NCBI GenBank assembly: GCA_965248755.1
Contig: OZ252149.1
Coordinates: 1,056,001-1,120,000 of the forward strand
Source: Candidatus Latescibacterota bacterium
Lineage (GTDB): Bacteria > Latescibacterota > CBDEFO01
Direction of reading: 5' to 3'
DNA length: 64,000 nt
Positions within the stretch are counted from its first letter, which is position 1. Each line of letters begins with the position of its first letter. Shown here one piece after another: positions 37,350-49,135 of the stretch. The position numbers were made by a program, and so were the translations under genes. Under the pieces are notes generated by a model. That model was not told the origin of the DNA, ran no database searches, and was given only the letters and a program-made list of their open reading frames with translations.

Positions 37350-38981
37350 ATGGAATCACAGATGGAGGCGCCGGGTACAAGGACAATTGCTCCAACCGTC
37401 CGACCAGTTACGGCCCGGAATATTGTAAACATTGTGCTGGAAGGCTGGAACGTCTGGTCTTCACGTTTTGTTTCCGCGCCCACGTGGACGTGGGGCGCCA
37501 TTCCGGACGCTGCGGGCTATGTTGTGAAGCTGGCGATCGGGAAACAGAAGGCGAAGGATTACAAGGTTGATCAGCCGCAGTTTGATATGTCAGATATCTG
37601 GGATCAACTGCCGATCGGCCCGATCGACGCGATGATCCTGGGCGTCGGAGCTGACGGCGCGGAAGTGTGCAATTCTCAGACGAAGAGTTTCTATAAGGTG
37701 CAGGGCTACGATGGTCGCAGGGCCGAGCCGTTGGATTGGGTTGCGGCCGTGCGGTGTAACATGGAGTATTTGCTGGCACCGCCGCGGGATCGTGTAGAGG
37801 ATTTCGAAAAAGGTTTACCGCGAGGCATCTGGTCGTGTATGGAGGACAGTGTGACGGGGCAGCGCTGGTCAAGCGTGGCGTGTCCCTGCCTGAACGGCGC
37901 TGGACACATCAGGTCGTTTCTGACTTTCTGTGCATATTTCCCCGATGATGAGATGGCAAGCGAAGCCAGACGTCAGGCGAAAGTGTTTGGTGATTGGTTC
38001 TTGGACAGTCGACATCCGAAAGAGTCGTACTGCAGCCTCTTTCCATACTCGGTGATTAAAGGCGGAGTACTGAAAGAAGGGGGCTACGGCAATACGATCT
38101 TCCGCGCAGCGCGTCTTGGCATCGTGATGATCGCTCTGTTTGAGACATTCGGCGACGAGGCATACCTGGAATATGCCCGGCACCTGGCCAACTTGCTCGC
38201 GAAGATTCAGCGGGACGACGGGTCATGGCCATTCCGCGTCGATCCGACAGATGGTTCGATTGTTCATGAGTACACTTCGAATATGGCGACGCAGGCTCGC
38301 TTCTTTGGCCTGCTTGAAGCGATCGAGCCGCACAGTGCGTACGAAAAGGCGCGTCGTAAAGCGATTCAGTGGATCATGAACAATCCGGTAAAGACGCGGC
38401 GCTGGGAGGGCATGTTCGAGGACATGGCGGAAGCACCACCGTACTCCAACCTGGAAAACTGGGCTGTCAACGAGACGATCAATTACCTGGTACACTATCG
38501 CGAGAACGATCCGGCTTACCTGGAGACGGCCGAGGAGCTGAACCGATGGGTCGAGGACCAGTTTGTCATCTGGCAAGAGGGAGATTCGTACGCGGTCGGC
38601 GACGGCCATATTGGCAATTCGGCGCTGCGTCCCAACTTGATCACGCCGACGCCTATGGTGCTCGAGCAATATGTATGCCCGTTCCCGATGGAGGCGCATA
38701 ATGGCAACTGGCTGCTGGCGCTGCTTGCGTTGCATCGGGCGACGCAGAAGGAAGAGTATTTCAATAAGGCCGTCGCTGCGGCCAATGCGATCGTTCGGGG
38801 CCAGCAGGAAAGCGGGGCGTTTTCCACTTGGGGATTCGATCTTCGCTTCGATCGGCCCCTGTCCAAGCTGAACTGGCCGGGTTACAATGCCTGCGCGAAC
38901 ACCGCCTTGATGTATTGTGATCAGTACTGCAAGGCGCGTGCAAAGGGCGAGTCGTTTGACATCGGGCTGCGAGGTGTTTGA
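37350..38981 (+). CDS. Hypothetical protein, probable (alpha/alpha) toroid carbohydrate-active fold
   Basis: 543-aa ORF with QRDDGSW and QQESGAF helical-repeat turns; GGAG RBS. Confidence 0.6.
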   Translation: MESQMEAPGTRTIAPTVRPVTARNIVNIVLEGWNVWSSRFVSAPTWTWGAIPDAAGYVVKLAIGKQKAKDYKVDQPQFDMSDIWDQLPIGPIDAMILGVGADGAEVCNSQTKSFYKVQGYDGRRAEPLDWVAAVRCNMEYLLAPPRDRVEDFEKGLPRGIWSCMEDSVTGQRWSSVACPCLNGAGHIRSFLTFCAYFPDDEMASEARRQAKVFGDWFLDSRHPKESYCSLFPYSVIKGGVLKEGGYGNTIFRAARLGIVMIALFETFGDEAYLEYARHLANLLAKIQRDDGSWPFRVDPTDGSIVHEYTSNMATQARFFGLLEAIEPHSAYEKARRKAIQWIMNNPVKTRRWEGMFEDMAEAPPYSNLENWAVNETINYLVHYRENDPAYLETAEELNRWVEDQFVIWQEGDSYAVGDGHIGNSALRPNLITPTPMVLEQYVCPFPMEAHNGNWLLALLALHRATQKEEYFNKAVAAANAIVRGQQESGAFSTWGFDLRFDRPLSKLNWPGYNACANTALMYCDQYCKARAKGESFDIGLRGV

Positions 38982-39250
38982 CTTGCCCCAGTGCGGGTTA
39001 GAGTAGTGATTGGTCCCCGTTATCTCGGGACAGAGAAGTAGATGCCACACACAGATGCATATCTATGGCGGGTGGACGGGGGCTGAAAGCTGGGCATAAG
39101 CGACGGTGGAAATGATTGAGGCATTGGATTACGGTTAATAGGGAAGGTTTGGGTTTCCGCTTGTGATCAGCTACCAAACCTCTCTGCAAGGTGAGGTGAT
39201 CTCATGATAACGGAGCTAATGGTATTGAGTTACGTGGTGGGTTTTACAGC

Positions 39251-40315
39251 GTGGAGACTATAGGTGTGGCTAGTGCTGGTGAACCGATCCAGCCGGTGTT
39301 TGAACTCTACATGGAAGAAGTCGATGTCTGGAAGAGCCAGTGGAACTTTCACCGCAGTGTGGATGGAGAGCTAGTTCTGATAGGCTCCGGGTCCGCCATA
39401 ACCAGCAGCGATGAGGGTCGAACCTGGCACGATTGGCCGGATATCAGCATGTGGCCGCAGGGTGGTATTGAAGCGATTGCTCGGCGCGGCGACGAACTGT
39501 TCATTCAGGGCGGCGACACGCGCATCTGGCGCTCGCAGGACGAAGGCAAGACGTGGTCCGGTGGGCAACACCTGCTCATGTGGCCCAAGCACTTTCAACT
39601 CGAAAACGGTAAGAAGTTGCTATGGACGCCGACCGGTGATAGGATTCTGGTGACTAAAGAGAACCTGTTGCTGGTCGGCGTTGATTTCCTGTTGGGGGGT
39701 GAAGGGCCGGGACCGGAACTTGTCGGCGCGCTTGTCAGCGAAGACAGCGGACAGACGTGGCGGCTGTATGAGTTGTTTGGTCCGCCGCCGGGTTTTCGTG
39801 ATCAGCCTGAAGGTTTTGGTGAGCCGAAGCTGGTGGAGCTGGCCGATGGCCGTATCTGGATGGTCTTTCGCACCTGTCTGGGTCATTTGTGGCAGGCGTT
39901 TTCCGAGGATGGCGGGCGAACGTGGGGTAAGCCGTCTTCGACCGGCCTGGTCTCACCGTTGGCGCCGCTTAATGCCCAGCGTGTGCCCGGAAGCGACGCG
40001 GTCGTGGTCGTGTGGAGTCACGCCAAACCAACCGACTCGACGGTCTGGCGTTCCGAGTATAACTACTGGTTCCCGCGCGCCCCGATGGTCTTTGCCGTCA
40101 GCCACGACCACTGCAAGAGCTGGAGCCGGCCGGTCATCGTCACTGAGACTGAGGGCTTTATGCGGAACATTTACTTTTCCGACAAAGCAATGTTCATCAA
40201 CTACGAGGAAGGCACCAGTGCAGAGCACTGGGTGAAAGGATTTCGCTACCTACCGAAGCTTGTGATTTACGACTTGAAATATGTGTTGGCGCTGCAACCC
40301 CAAGAAAAAGGATAA
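39251..40315 (+). CDS. Asp-box (sialidase-fold) protein
   Basis: Five SxDxGxTW-type motifs; EPKLVELADG...FR. Confidence 0.8.
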   Translation: METIGVASAGEPIQPVFELYMEEVDVWKSQWNFHRSVDGELVLIGSGSAITSSDEGRTWHDWPDISMWPQGGIEAIARRGDELFIQGGDTRIWRSQDEGKTWSGGQHLLMWPKHFQLENGKKLLWTPTGDRILVTKENLLLVGVDFLLGGEGPGPELVGALVSEDSGQTWRLYELFGPPPGFRDQPEGFGEPKLVELADGRIWMVFRTCLGHLWQAFSEDGGRTWGKPSSTGLVSPLAPLNAQRVPGSDAVVVVWSHAKPTDSTVWRSEYNYWFPRAPMVFAVSHDHCKSWSRPVIVTETEGFMRNIYFSDKAMFINYEEGTSAEHWVKGFRYLPKLVIYDLKYVLALQPQEKG

Positions 40316-40318
40316 TCA

Positions 40319-41690
40319 TTGGTCTCTGGGAGAATTGAACAGATAAGAAGCATAATCTCTGGTGCAATTGTGCTACTGAGTTTTTCCGAATTCTGCCATG
40401 CCGACGATCCTATGGAATTGCCCAGAGCCTCTTCGGCTGACGTGGCGGGATGGCAGCCACATGTGGTCCGACAACTAAACGGCAGGGCCGGGCAAATCCG
40501 GCTCCCTGCACAGTTCCAGATCGTCACCCAGAGTTGGAACAGGGTAGTAGCTGTGCCCTACGTTATCTATATGCCGGAGAAGGATCGGCTGCTCATGCTG
40601 GTCAATTGCGATTATCCGCATATCCCCTATATCATGACCAGCGACGATCATGGAGCCACTTGGACTGATCCTCGTCCGGTGAGTGTCGACAAGGATGGGA
40701 AGCCCTTGCATATTGGTCTGGGAACGAGCCTAACTTATCTCGGCAGTGGGAATACACTCTTGTATGCGGGCACCCGCCGCTGGTTCAGCAGGGACTACGG
40801 TAAGACCTGGGGCGACACCGTTCCGATCACCCCGGCTTCTGACGGAAGGGGTTGGCACATCTGGGACCCACCGTTGGTCGAACGAGACCAGAAGACCGGC
40901 AAAGTCATCCGGCTTGCCGAGACGGGCTACTCCTGGTTGCTGACCTCCCGAGGTCGAGCACGCCTATCAACGGGGCTATATCCGCTTCAGTGCCGACGAA
41001 GGGAAAACCTGGAGCAAGAGTATCAGGGTGTCGCAATGGAAAGGCGTCAGTGAGGTCGCTCTCGTTCGCGCCGGCAACGGCGACCTCATCGGCGCTTGCA
41101 GGACCGATATTCCACGGCGGATAGAGTCGGGTCTGGACCACTTCGAAGACCTCGGGATCTCCGTCTCCAAAGACGATGGCAACACGTGGTCAACTGTTGA
41201 GAAGCTCTACGATTACGGTCGCCATCACCCGTCCCTGATTCTGATGCCCAATATGGACATCGTGATGACATATGTCGTCCGCTTGGGGTACGTCGAAAGC
41301 TTGGATGGCTTTCCCCAGTTCGGGGTGGTAGCGGTGGTCAGCCACGACCACGGACGGACGTGGGATCTGGACCACCGCTACATTCTCCATGCGTGGGTGG
41401 GCAACCGTAAGGGGCCAGATGAGGACGGCATCGGGCGCGCTTATTGGCCGAGCCCGCAGGCTACCTCTTCGGTGCTGCTTCCGGACGGGTCAATCCTGAC
41501 CGTCTTTGGGACAGGCTACCGCAGTAAGCCGGGTCTGAGTGAGGATGGCACCGGTACAAGCAAGTTCGCTCCAAGAGACGTCGGGGTTGTCCACTGGCGT
41601 ACCAGCTCTGAATCCCTAAACGCCGATCGGACAATTCGTGACGCGGCATTCGACTCTGATCACCGCAACATCTTTGATCCGTCGCCCTGA
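40319..41690 (+). pseudogene. Secreted Asp-box protein, frameshifted near 40943
   Basis: Paralog of 49136..50452; one extra base (tggttgctgacctcccgag vs tggttcaaacctcccgag) splits it into two ORFs. Confidence 0.85.
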
Positions 41691-41769
41691 GGTCAATACG
41701 ACCTGTCCATGGCAAAAGCGGACCGGTCATTGCTGTAATGGTCCTGGATAGCCCTACGAAAAAACAGAA

Positions 41770-43179
41770 ATGGGAGACGTGATGACTGACAAACTGGCAT
41801 TGGAAGGCGGAACACCGACGGTTCCGGTGGAACTGATGGCCCACGATTGGGAGCGATACCGCAAGGCCAATGACGAAGAGATCGAAGCTGTGGCGTCGGT
41901 TCTGCGAATCGGGCATTTAAGCATAGCCTTGCCCGTCGGCATGCCGCAGGCTGACGCGCTCGAGAAGGAGTTCGCCCAGTGGACGGGGGCCGAATACTGC
42001 GTGGCGGTCGATTCGGGCACCGCGGCTCTGCACTGCGCCGTGGCGGGCGTCGGCGTCGAGGCAGGCGATGAGGTCATTATACCGGCTCACACCTTTATCG
42101 CCTCGGCCATGGCCGTGCTGCATCAAAACGCCATCCCCGTCTTCGTGGATACCGATCCACAGACCTTTCTGATCGACGTCAATAAGATCGAGCAGAAGAT
42201 CACGTCCAGGACAAAGGCCATCATGGTGGTGCAACTGTTCGGGCTGCCGGCCAACATGGACCGCATCCGCCAGATCGCCCAACGACACAACCTGAAAGTC
42301 ATCGAAGACGGTTGCCAGGCCTACGGCAGCCTCTATCACGGAAAGAAGGTCGGCACGCTGGGTGACGCAGGTGGGTTCTCCATGTGCACCACCAAACAGT
42401 TGATGGTCGGTGAAGGTGGGTTGGTGACCACCAACAGTAAGGATGTCTATGAACGCGCCGCCACGCTTCGCCTTTTCGGCGAGCAGGGCAGCGATATGAA
42501 GGCCAAAGATCGAAAGTACATGTCCGAAACGATCGGCTGGAACTACAAGATGGCCGAGACTCTTTCGGCACTGGCGCGAGTCAGGTTGAGGCATCTGGAC
42601 GAATACATCAGCGGTTGCCAGCGCAATTCTGAATACCTGACGCAGCAGCTTCAGCCGATAGATGGTGTGGAGCCGCCTTTCGTGCCGGAGGGCAGGACTC
42701 ACACCTATTACATCTACTCGGTTCATGTCAATCCCGGACAACTCAATCTGGACATCGAAGCGGGCCATCTGCGCGATGCCGTGTTGAACACCCTGGCGGC
42801 GGAAAACGTGGATGTGGCACTCTGGCAGAACGCCCCTGTGCCCGCCCAGCCGCTGTTCCAGAGCCGTAATGCTCGCGGCAAGGGCAGCCCGTGGATCTGG
42901 CTGGGTTCCGAGGTTACGTATGACCTGCACGACTATCCCAACACGTTTGAGTCATTGGACGATTCGTTCATGGTTCGCCGAATGTGCCCGCCCAATGACA
43001 CCGAATTGATGGATCGCTACGCCGACGCCTTTAGAAAGGTCTTTAGACGGATCGATCGCGTCGTCGAGCAATACGATCAGACACATCGATACAAACCACT
43101 TGAACAGCGGATCGCCTCCCTCAGGGGGGCCGTGATCAGTCCCGATAAAGCCGCCGAGAATACCACCAGGACAGGATGA
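41770..43179 (+). CDS. DegT/DnrJ/EryC1/StrS sugar or cyclitol aminotransferase
   Basis: SGTAALH, IEDGCQA, FSMCTTK (PLP lysine), GEGG, GWNYKM. Confidence 0.9.
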   Translation: MGDVMTDKLALEGGTPTVPVELMAHDWERYRKANDEEIEAVASVLRIGHLSIALPVGMPQADALEKEFAQWTGAEYCVAVDSGTAALHCAVAGVGVEAGDEVIIPAHTFIASAMAVLHQNAIPVFVDTDPQTFLIDVNKIEQKITSRTKAIMVVQLFGLPANMDRIRQIAQRHNLKVIEDGCQAYGSLYHGKKVGTLGDAGGFSMCTTKQLMVGEGGLVTTNSKDVYERAATLRLFGEQGSDMKAKDRKYMSETIGWNYKMAETLSALARVRLRHLDEYISGCQRNSEYLTQQLQPIDGVEPPFVPEGRTHTYYIYSVHVNPGQLNLDIEAGHLRDAVLNTLAAENVDVALWQNAPVPAQPLFQSRNARGKGSPWIWLGSEVTYDLHDYPNTFESLDDSFMVRRMCPPNDTELMDRYADAFRKVFRRIDRVVEQYDQTHRYKPLEQRIASLRGAVISPDKAAENTTRTG

Positions 43180-44252
43180 ACCCGATAACCGAAACTGCCA
43201 ACGACCCGCAGCGCGTACAGTGGGGCGTCCTCGGATGCGCCACCGTGGCTCGCAAGGTCATGGTGCCGGGTATCCAGAGATCAAACAACGGCGAAGTCCT
43301 GGCCGTCGCCAGCCGAAGGGTGAAGAAGGCAGATGACTTTGCCCAGTCGTTTGACATTGAACGCGCCTACGGGAGCTATGAGCAGCTGCTGGATGACGAT
43401 GACGTGCAGGCTGTCTACATTCCCCTTGCCAATTCTCTGCATTGCGAATGGACGATTCACGCTGCCAGCCGGGGCAAGCATGTACTTTGCGAGAAACCGC
43501 TCGCGTGCAATGCCTCCGAGGCGCGCGACATGGTAGAGGCCTGCCACAAGCACGGCGTGCTGCTCATGGAGGCCTTTGCCCACCGGTTTCATCCACACAA
43601 CGTGCAAGTCAGGCAACTGATCGACGACGGCAGGATCGGCAAGGTGCTGAGGATGTCGTCGGTGCACTCATCAGCCCGACCGGCTGCCGATAACATCCGG
43701 CTCAGCAAGGAGCTCAGCGGCGGCGTGCTAATGGACAAAGGTTGTTACTGTGTCAACACAGCGCGTTTCATATTCGGCTCAGAGCCCGTTCGCGTTTACG
43801 CCAGCATGGAATTCGGGGAATTAGGTAGAGACAGCGGCGTGGATGAGCGGGTGGTCGGCACGCTGGAATTTCCCTGCGGCGGTGTTCTGCAGTTCGACTC
43901 AGGCTTTAAGTTAGCCGAGAACAACATCTACCAGCAGGGCTACGAGGTCTTCGGAGCGCGCGGCCACATCTACATGCCCACAGGCATTGGGCAGGTTGAG
44001 ACCTATCGCACAGGTAAGCTGGTGGAAACCTACTTCTTTGTTAGCGATGACGCGGTAACAGGCGCGACAAATGAGAAGATCCATTGTCCGCCTGCGCACC
44101 AGTTTCAGTTCCAAGCGGAATATTTCGCCGACCGCGTGCTGAAAGGTGAACCGATTGAACAGCCGGCTGAAAACGGTCTGGCCAACATGAAGGCCATCGA
44201 TGCGCTCTACGATATCGCCAGACAGGGCCGGCCTGTCGAAGTTGCATGTTAA
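43176..44252 (+). CDS. Gfo/Idh/MocA oxidoreductase
   Basis: WGVLGCA, GKHVLCEKP, GGVLMDKGCY. Confidence 0.9.
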   Translation: MNPITETANDPQRVQWGVLGCATVARKVMVPGIQRSNNGEVLAVASRRVKKADDFAQSFDIERAYGSYEQLLDDDDVQAVYIPLANSLHCEWTIHAASRGKHVLCEKPLACNASEARDMVEACHKHGVLLMEAFAHRFHPHNVQVRQLIDDGRIGKVLRMSSVHSSARPAADNIRLSKELSGGVLMDKGCYCVNTARFIFGSEPVRVYASMEFGELGRDSGVDERVVGTLEFPCGGVLQFDSGFKLAENNIYQQGYEVFGARGHIYMPTGIGQVETYRTGKLVETYFFVSDDAVTGATNEKIHCPPAHQFQFQAEYFADRVLKGEPIEQPAENGLANMKAIDALYDIARQGRPVEVAC

Positions 44253-44269
44253 TCCAATAAAATCAGAAG

Positions 44270-44653
44270 ATGGTACAGACCATGAAGAAGCTTCGCGTTG
44301 CATCAGTACAGATGGAGCACACGCCGGGCGACAAGGAGGCCAACTTCGCCAAGATTCGTGACTTTGTCCAGCACGCTTCGCAGCAGGGTGTGGAGTTTAT
44401 CTCCTTCCCGGAATGCTGCATCACAGGCTACTGGCACCTGCGCCATCTTTCGCGGCAGCGTCTGGTCGAGCTGGCCGAGCCAGTCTTTGACGGCCCGGCA
44501 TCTCAGCAACTGCGCTCACTGGCAATGGATCACAAGATGACCGTCGCCGCCCTGCCCAATGGCGAATGTCAACGTCATCGCAAGCTGCACTGTATTGTCA
44601 GCGAACATATGTCCTCGGGTTCGGAATTTACCGTCTTTGATTCGTCGCCCTGA
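44270..44653 (+). pseudogene. Truncated nitrilase/carbon-nitrogen hydrolase
   Basis: VASVQME...FPECCITGY N-terminus only; catalytic Cys region missing. Confidence 0.7.
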
Positions 44654-44915
44654 GATCAATACGACTTGTCCATGCCAAAAGTGGACTAGTAATTGGTGCA
44701 GCAGTCTTGGATATCCATTGACCTGTGCAAGAATCTGTGGAAAAAGCAACTTACAACTAATCAACCCCTTTATTAGCTGGGCTGCCGGATTAACTTAGGC
44801 TCCGTGAGCACATCATTAGGATCAAATTCCCTATCAGTTCTTGACAATGTCTTGTCGAAGTGCTACTGGTAATGCCTACTAGCCAACGGGTCGCCCGTTT
44901 CAGGATCGCAATCAC

Positions 44916-46163
44916 ATGCCCGCAAGCACGATAACACATACACGCGAATACGAATTGTTCTGCCAGGGGAGGCTAGCCAATCCCTATCCACTCTATCACG
45001 AGCTACTGAGCGATGCCCCCGTTCACTGGTGTGAACCCTGGGGTTGCTGGGTGGTCACCCGTTACGACGATGTCCGGCAGGCACACGCCAACCTGCACCT
45101 CTCTTCGGACAAGCCGCGGGCCAAGATGAGCGTCCTCCCACAGCTGCTGCGGAGCAAGGTAGACGCCCTGGGGCAGCATCTGTCCAAATGGGTATCGCAC
45201 AGTGATCCGCCGGACCACACGCGTCTGCTGGGGCTGGTCAACCAAGCGTTCACCCCACGCTCCATCCAGGCGATGCGGAGTCGTATCTCCATGATCGCCA
45301 ACGAGCTCATCGATACTGTGGAGCCGCGCGGCCGGATGGATCTGATCGCCGACTTCGCCTATCCCATGCCTGTGACGGTGGTCTGCGAGCTCTTGGGCAT
45401 CCCGGCAGAGGACCGCGCACAGTTCGGGGTGTGGATCGAGGACATCGTGGCCTTCCTCGACGGTCCGGCGTCGCAGCTTGCTGACGTGGCCGAGCAGTCA
45501 CTTTCAGGTCTGACCGACCTTACAGAATACTTCGATCAGATCATCAGCCGCAAGCGCGCTGAACCGGGCGACGATCTGATTAGCACGTTACTTGGCATTG
45601 AGGAGGCCGGCGACAGGCTCACGGATGAGGAACTGCTGGCCATGTGCGTTCAGATGCTCGTTGCAGGGAACGACACAACAACCGGTTTGATCGGCAACGG
45701 CATCTTCGCGCTGCTCCAGAATGGGGAGGAGATGGAGCGACTGAGCGCACATCCCGAGATGATCAAATCGGCCGTTGAAGAGTTTCTGCGCTACGAAAGT
45801 CCCGGCCCGCGAAATACCAGGATCGCGACGGAGGACATGGAGATCGGGGGGCTTCGGATCAGGGAGGGACAGACGGTCGCCCTGATGGTGGGGGCTGCGA
45901 ACCGCGATCCGAAGCAGTTCCCAGATCCGGACAGGCTGGACATAGGCCGAAGACCGAACAAGCATCTGGCGTTCGGCTGGGGCGTACATTTCTGCCTCGG
46001 TGCGCCCCTGGCCCGATTGGAAGGCCAGATTGCGGTTTCCTCGATCCTTCGCAGGTTGCCCAGGCTTCGTCTGGCAGATGAACAGATAGCCGACCATCCG
46101 CCCTGGCGGCACTCGTCCGGCCTGCGGCTGCTCGACTCGCTGCCGGTGGAATTTGGAGTTTGA
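44916..46163 (+). CDS. Cytochrome P450
   Basis: DPPDHTRL, AGNDTT, EEFLR, FGWGVHFCLG heme motif. Confidence 0.95.
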   Translation: MPASTITHTREYELFCQGRLANPYPLYHELLSDAPVHWCEPWGCWVVTRYDDVRQAHANLHLSSDKPRAKMSVLPQLLRSKVDALGQHLSKWVSHSDPPDHTRLLGLVNQAFTPRSIQAMRSRISMIANELIDTVEPRGRMDLIADFAYPMPVTVVCELLGIPAEDRAQFGVWIEDIVAFLDGPASQLADVAEQSLSGLTDLTEYFDQIISRKRAEPGDDLISTLLGIEEAGDRLTDEELLAMCVQMLVAGNDTTTGLIGNGIFALLQNGEEMERLSAHPEMIKSAVEEFLRYESPGPRNTRIATEDMEIGGLRIREGQTVALMVGAANRDPKQFPDPDRLDIGRRPNKHLAFGWGVHFCLGAPLARLEGQIAVSSILRRLPRLRLADEQIADHPPWRHSSGLRLLDSLPVEFGV

Positions 46164-46175
46164 CGGAGATCCGGC

Positions 46176-49088
46176 GTGGCATCTCACGCCAATGCTGCGA
46201 AGTTGTTATTGCTGTTGCGCGGACACAGGATGACTTCACACGTAATAGCTGTTCACCCCGACGGCACTATAGGTAACAAGGACACCAAAGCACTGAAAAA
46301 TGTACTTATCTTGACGTCACTGCTGCTCTGGACCGTAATATCTCAGGGGGACGAGAGAGCCTCGTGGGTCACTAGCGGGTTCGAGGACTTTTCAAAGGGC
46401 ACTTTTGACGCGGCGGGAGCGAACCTCTATGTGTCTCGCGGTGGGCGCGTTCAGATGATACGCACGTGGGACGTTAATCACGACGGGAATATCGATCTGT
46501 ATTTCGGTAACTCTCACGATTTGATAGAATACGAGCCGGCACGCGTCTATTTTCAGCGAGATGGCAAGCCGGATCCCGACGCAAGCTTAATGTTGCCCAC
46601 ACTCCATTCATCTTCACAGTGCGTAAGCGACTTGAATGATGATGGGTATACAGATGTGATCATACTCAATTATATGTGGGTCCCAGATCCTGTGGTTAGA
46701 AGTTTCATCTATTGGGGCGGGCCTGAAGGTCTGACCCCGAAGTATCGGACTTCCATTCCGACGTTCTCTGCCCGACAGGCCTTCGCTGCGGACTTGAACG
46801 GTGACGGATTAAAGGAAATTATCGTGTTTAACCAAGAACGGGAGCGGTTCGATCTCAAAGGGGGCTGCATTTCCATTTATTGGCAGACGGGGGCCGGTGT
46901 TTTCCCTCTCGACCGTCGTGATGACATCGTGGTGCCGTCACTTGGGGAGGCAGACATGGCCGATATAAATGGTGATGGTTTTGCCAATATAGTTTTTCAC
47001 GGCATACCTGCCGAGGATAGCCTTGGCCCTGTAGCCGTGCCTGTTCTTGAGGCCATCGGCAGCTCCAAGGAGGTGGAGAATGTCTTCCTTCTGGCCGGAA
47101 GGGAGGGTGGATTAGAGCCGATGCAAGTCCTTGCGATCAGCGGTGACCGATCTGGTAGACCTCGTTTGCTGAAGCTCAACGGAGCTTATCATCTGGGAAT
47201 GTTGACCGAAGAGACAATAGATCTGTATCCCTTTTCCGGACTGCAGGTGGCAGAACCCAGACAGATCGAACTGTCCGGCGAAAAGCGCCAAGTGGTTGTG
47301 GCTGATCTCAACGCCGACGGCCTCGATGACCTGATCTGTGTTCGATCCGGGAATATCCACTTCCTGTGGGGATCGGATACCGGCTACGACCCCAAGCGGG
47401 AATTCACCTTACCAATCCAGGCAACAAACATTACCATCGGAGATGTTACTAACGACGTATTACCGGATCTGGCTGTAGCGGTATATGAACACGGTAAAAG
47501 CTACACTGCCCAATCCCGGGTGTACATAAACAGCAAAAAAGGCCTGGACGAAGATCGCTTCATTGCTCTGGAAACTTCCGGTGCTACGGAAGTCCACGTT
47601 GCGGATTTGAATCACGATGGGAAGAAAGATATCATCTTCGCCTGCTCTCTAGGAGGACACTCCTCGCTCGATCCGCCTGTTCGGGTTTATCTAGGCAGTT
47701 ATGACGGCATCTATAAGCCAGGTCGCCATTACGATCTGCCCGCCGTCAGTGCCTACGGAGGGTTCATGGCTGACTATAACGACGACGGTTTTGTCGATTT
47801 GTTAGTCTCGAACCAACGTGAGGGCACCCGCGCCCTTGGCGAGCAAACCAGCTCAATCTACTGGGGCGGCCAGGATGGCCTGTCCGTAGATCGTGTCTCG
47901 AGGTTCCCGACCGAATATGCGCTTATCTCGATGACCGCTGACATTAATCGCGACGGCTATCTGGATATCGTCATGGGTGCAGTCCAGGGGGGCACGACAT
48001 ACGCATATTGGGGCGGCGAGACTGGGTTTTCGGCAGAGCGGCGACAGGCCGTCAAGCTGGGTGATGTGTGGGGAATACATCTGGCTGACGTGGACAGAGA
48101 CGGCTGGCTTGATTTGGTCTATACCGCCATCGAACACAACGCTACCTATATCCTTCTGGGTGATAAGAAGGGTTTTGATGTGGACCGTAAAATCACACTT
48201 CCCATGCCCTCCGGCGGAGCAGGAGTGGAGACGGCTGACCTGGATGGCAACGGCTGGCTTGACCTGGTTCTCACCGGCTGGTCCAATCCTCGAAAGGGCT
48301 TTGCCGGGACCAACGTACCGAGCTATATTTGGTGGGGTTCCGAGCGAGGTTTCTCCGCGGCCCGACGGACCGAATTTATGTTGCAGGGCGCTGATCACGG
48401 CGTCGCCATCGCCGATCTGAACAGAGACGGACATCTGGACATTGTTTGCAGTAACTACGATCAGGGTATCGAGCGCATCTTTGATGCTTACATATTCTGG
48501 GGAAATCCAGAATCCATATACTCTATGGACAAGAGGACACGACTACGCCAGGCCGCATCGCTTGGGATGATGGTTGCTGATTTCAACCACGACGGTTGGC
48601 CCGATATTTCATTCTGCAATCACAATCCAGGCGGTGACCATAATACCCTTTCGCGTGTTCACTGGAACCGGCAGGGTAAATTCACCGATGACGATGTGAC
48701 CTTGCTGCCCACCCTTGGTCCGCACGGATCGATCGCCTCGGACCTCGGCAACGCCTATACCCGAAAGCTCGAAGAAACGTATACCTCGACCGTGTTCCAG
48801 CGCCCGGCGAACGCTAGCTTTGATAAACTTTCATGGAAGGCCCAGAATAAATTCGGTACGTCCGTCGTTTTCGAGGTCCGAACCGCGGCTACACGTAAAG
48901 GCCTAAATAGCACAGCTTGGCTCGGGCCTGACGGAGAAAGTTCCTACTTCACCGAGCCCAGTACAAGCCTAAAAATGCTTCCAGCCAAGCATCCATGGAT
49001 ACAATACCGTGCTGTCCTGAGGACCCCGGACGGTGCGGCCACCCCCATTCTCACAGAGGTACAGATTGCCCTATGCCCTGTGGATTAG
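46176..49088 (+). CDS. Secreted FG-GAP/VCBS repeat protein (start probably ~46293)
   Basis: More than ten ADLNxDGxxD-type repeats; signal-like KNVLILTSLLLWTVISQG. Confidence 0.85.
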   Translation: MASHANAAKLLLLLRGHRMTSHVIAVHPDGTIGNKDTKALKNVLILTSLLLWTVISQGDERASWVTSGFEDFSKGTFDAAGANLYVSRGGRVQMIRTWDVNHDGNIDLYFGNSHDLIEYEPARVYFQRDGKPDPDASLMLPTLHSSSQCVSDLNDDGYTDVIILNYMWVPDPVVRSFIYWGGPEGLTPKYRTSIPTFSARQAFAADLNGDGLKEIIVFNQERERFDLKGGCISIYWQTGAGVFPLDRRDDIVVPSLGEADMADINGDGFANIVFHGIPAEDSLGPVAVPVLEAIGSSKEVENVFLLAGREGGLEPMQVLAISGDRSGRPRLLKLNGAYHLGMLTEETIDLYPFSGLQVAEPRQIELSGEKRQVVVADLNADGLDDLICVRSGNIHFLWGSDTGYDPKREFTLPIQATNITIGDVTNDVLPDLAVAVYEHGKSYTAQSRVYINSKKGLDEDRFIALETSGATEVHVADLNHDGKKDIIFACSLGGHSSLDPPVRVYLGSYDGIYKPGRHYDLPAVSAYGGFMADYNDDGFVDLLVSNQREGTRALGEQTSSIYWGGQDGLSVDRVSRFPTEYALISMTADINRDGYLDIVMGAVQGGTTYAYWGGETGFSAERRQAVKLGDVWGIHLADVDRDGWLDLVYTAIEHNATYILLGDKKGFDVDRKITLPMPSGGAGVETADLDGNGWLDLVLTGWSNPRKGFAGTNVPSYIWWGSERGFSAARRTEFMLQGADHGVAIADLNRDGHLDIVCSNYDQGIERIFDAYIFWGNPESIYSMDKRTRLRQAASLGMMVADFNHDGWPDISFCNHNPGGDHNTLSRVHWNRQGKFTDDDVTLLPTLGPHGSIASDLGNAYTRKLEETYTSTVFQRPANASFDKLSWKAQNKFGTSVVFEVRTAATRKGLNSTAWLGPDGESSYFTEPSTSLKMLPAKHPWIQYRAVLRTPDGAATPILTEVQIALCPVD

Positions 49089-49135
49089 GAGTTATACCAG
49101 TCCCAGAACCAGACGTAGAACAAGGAACCTTCCTG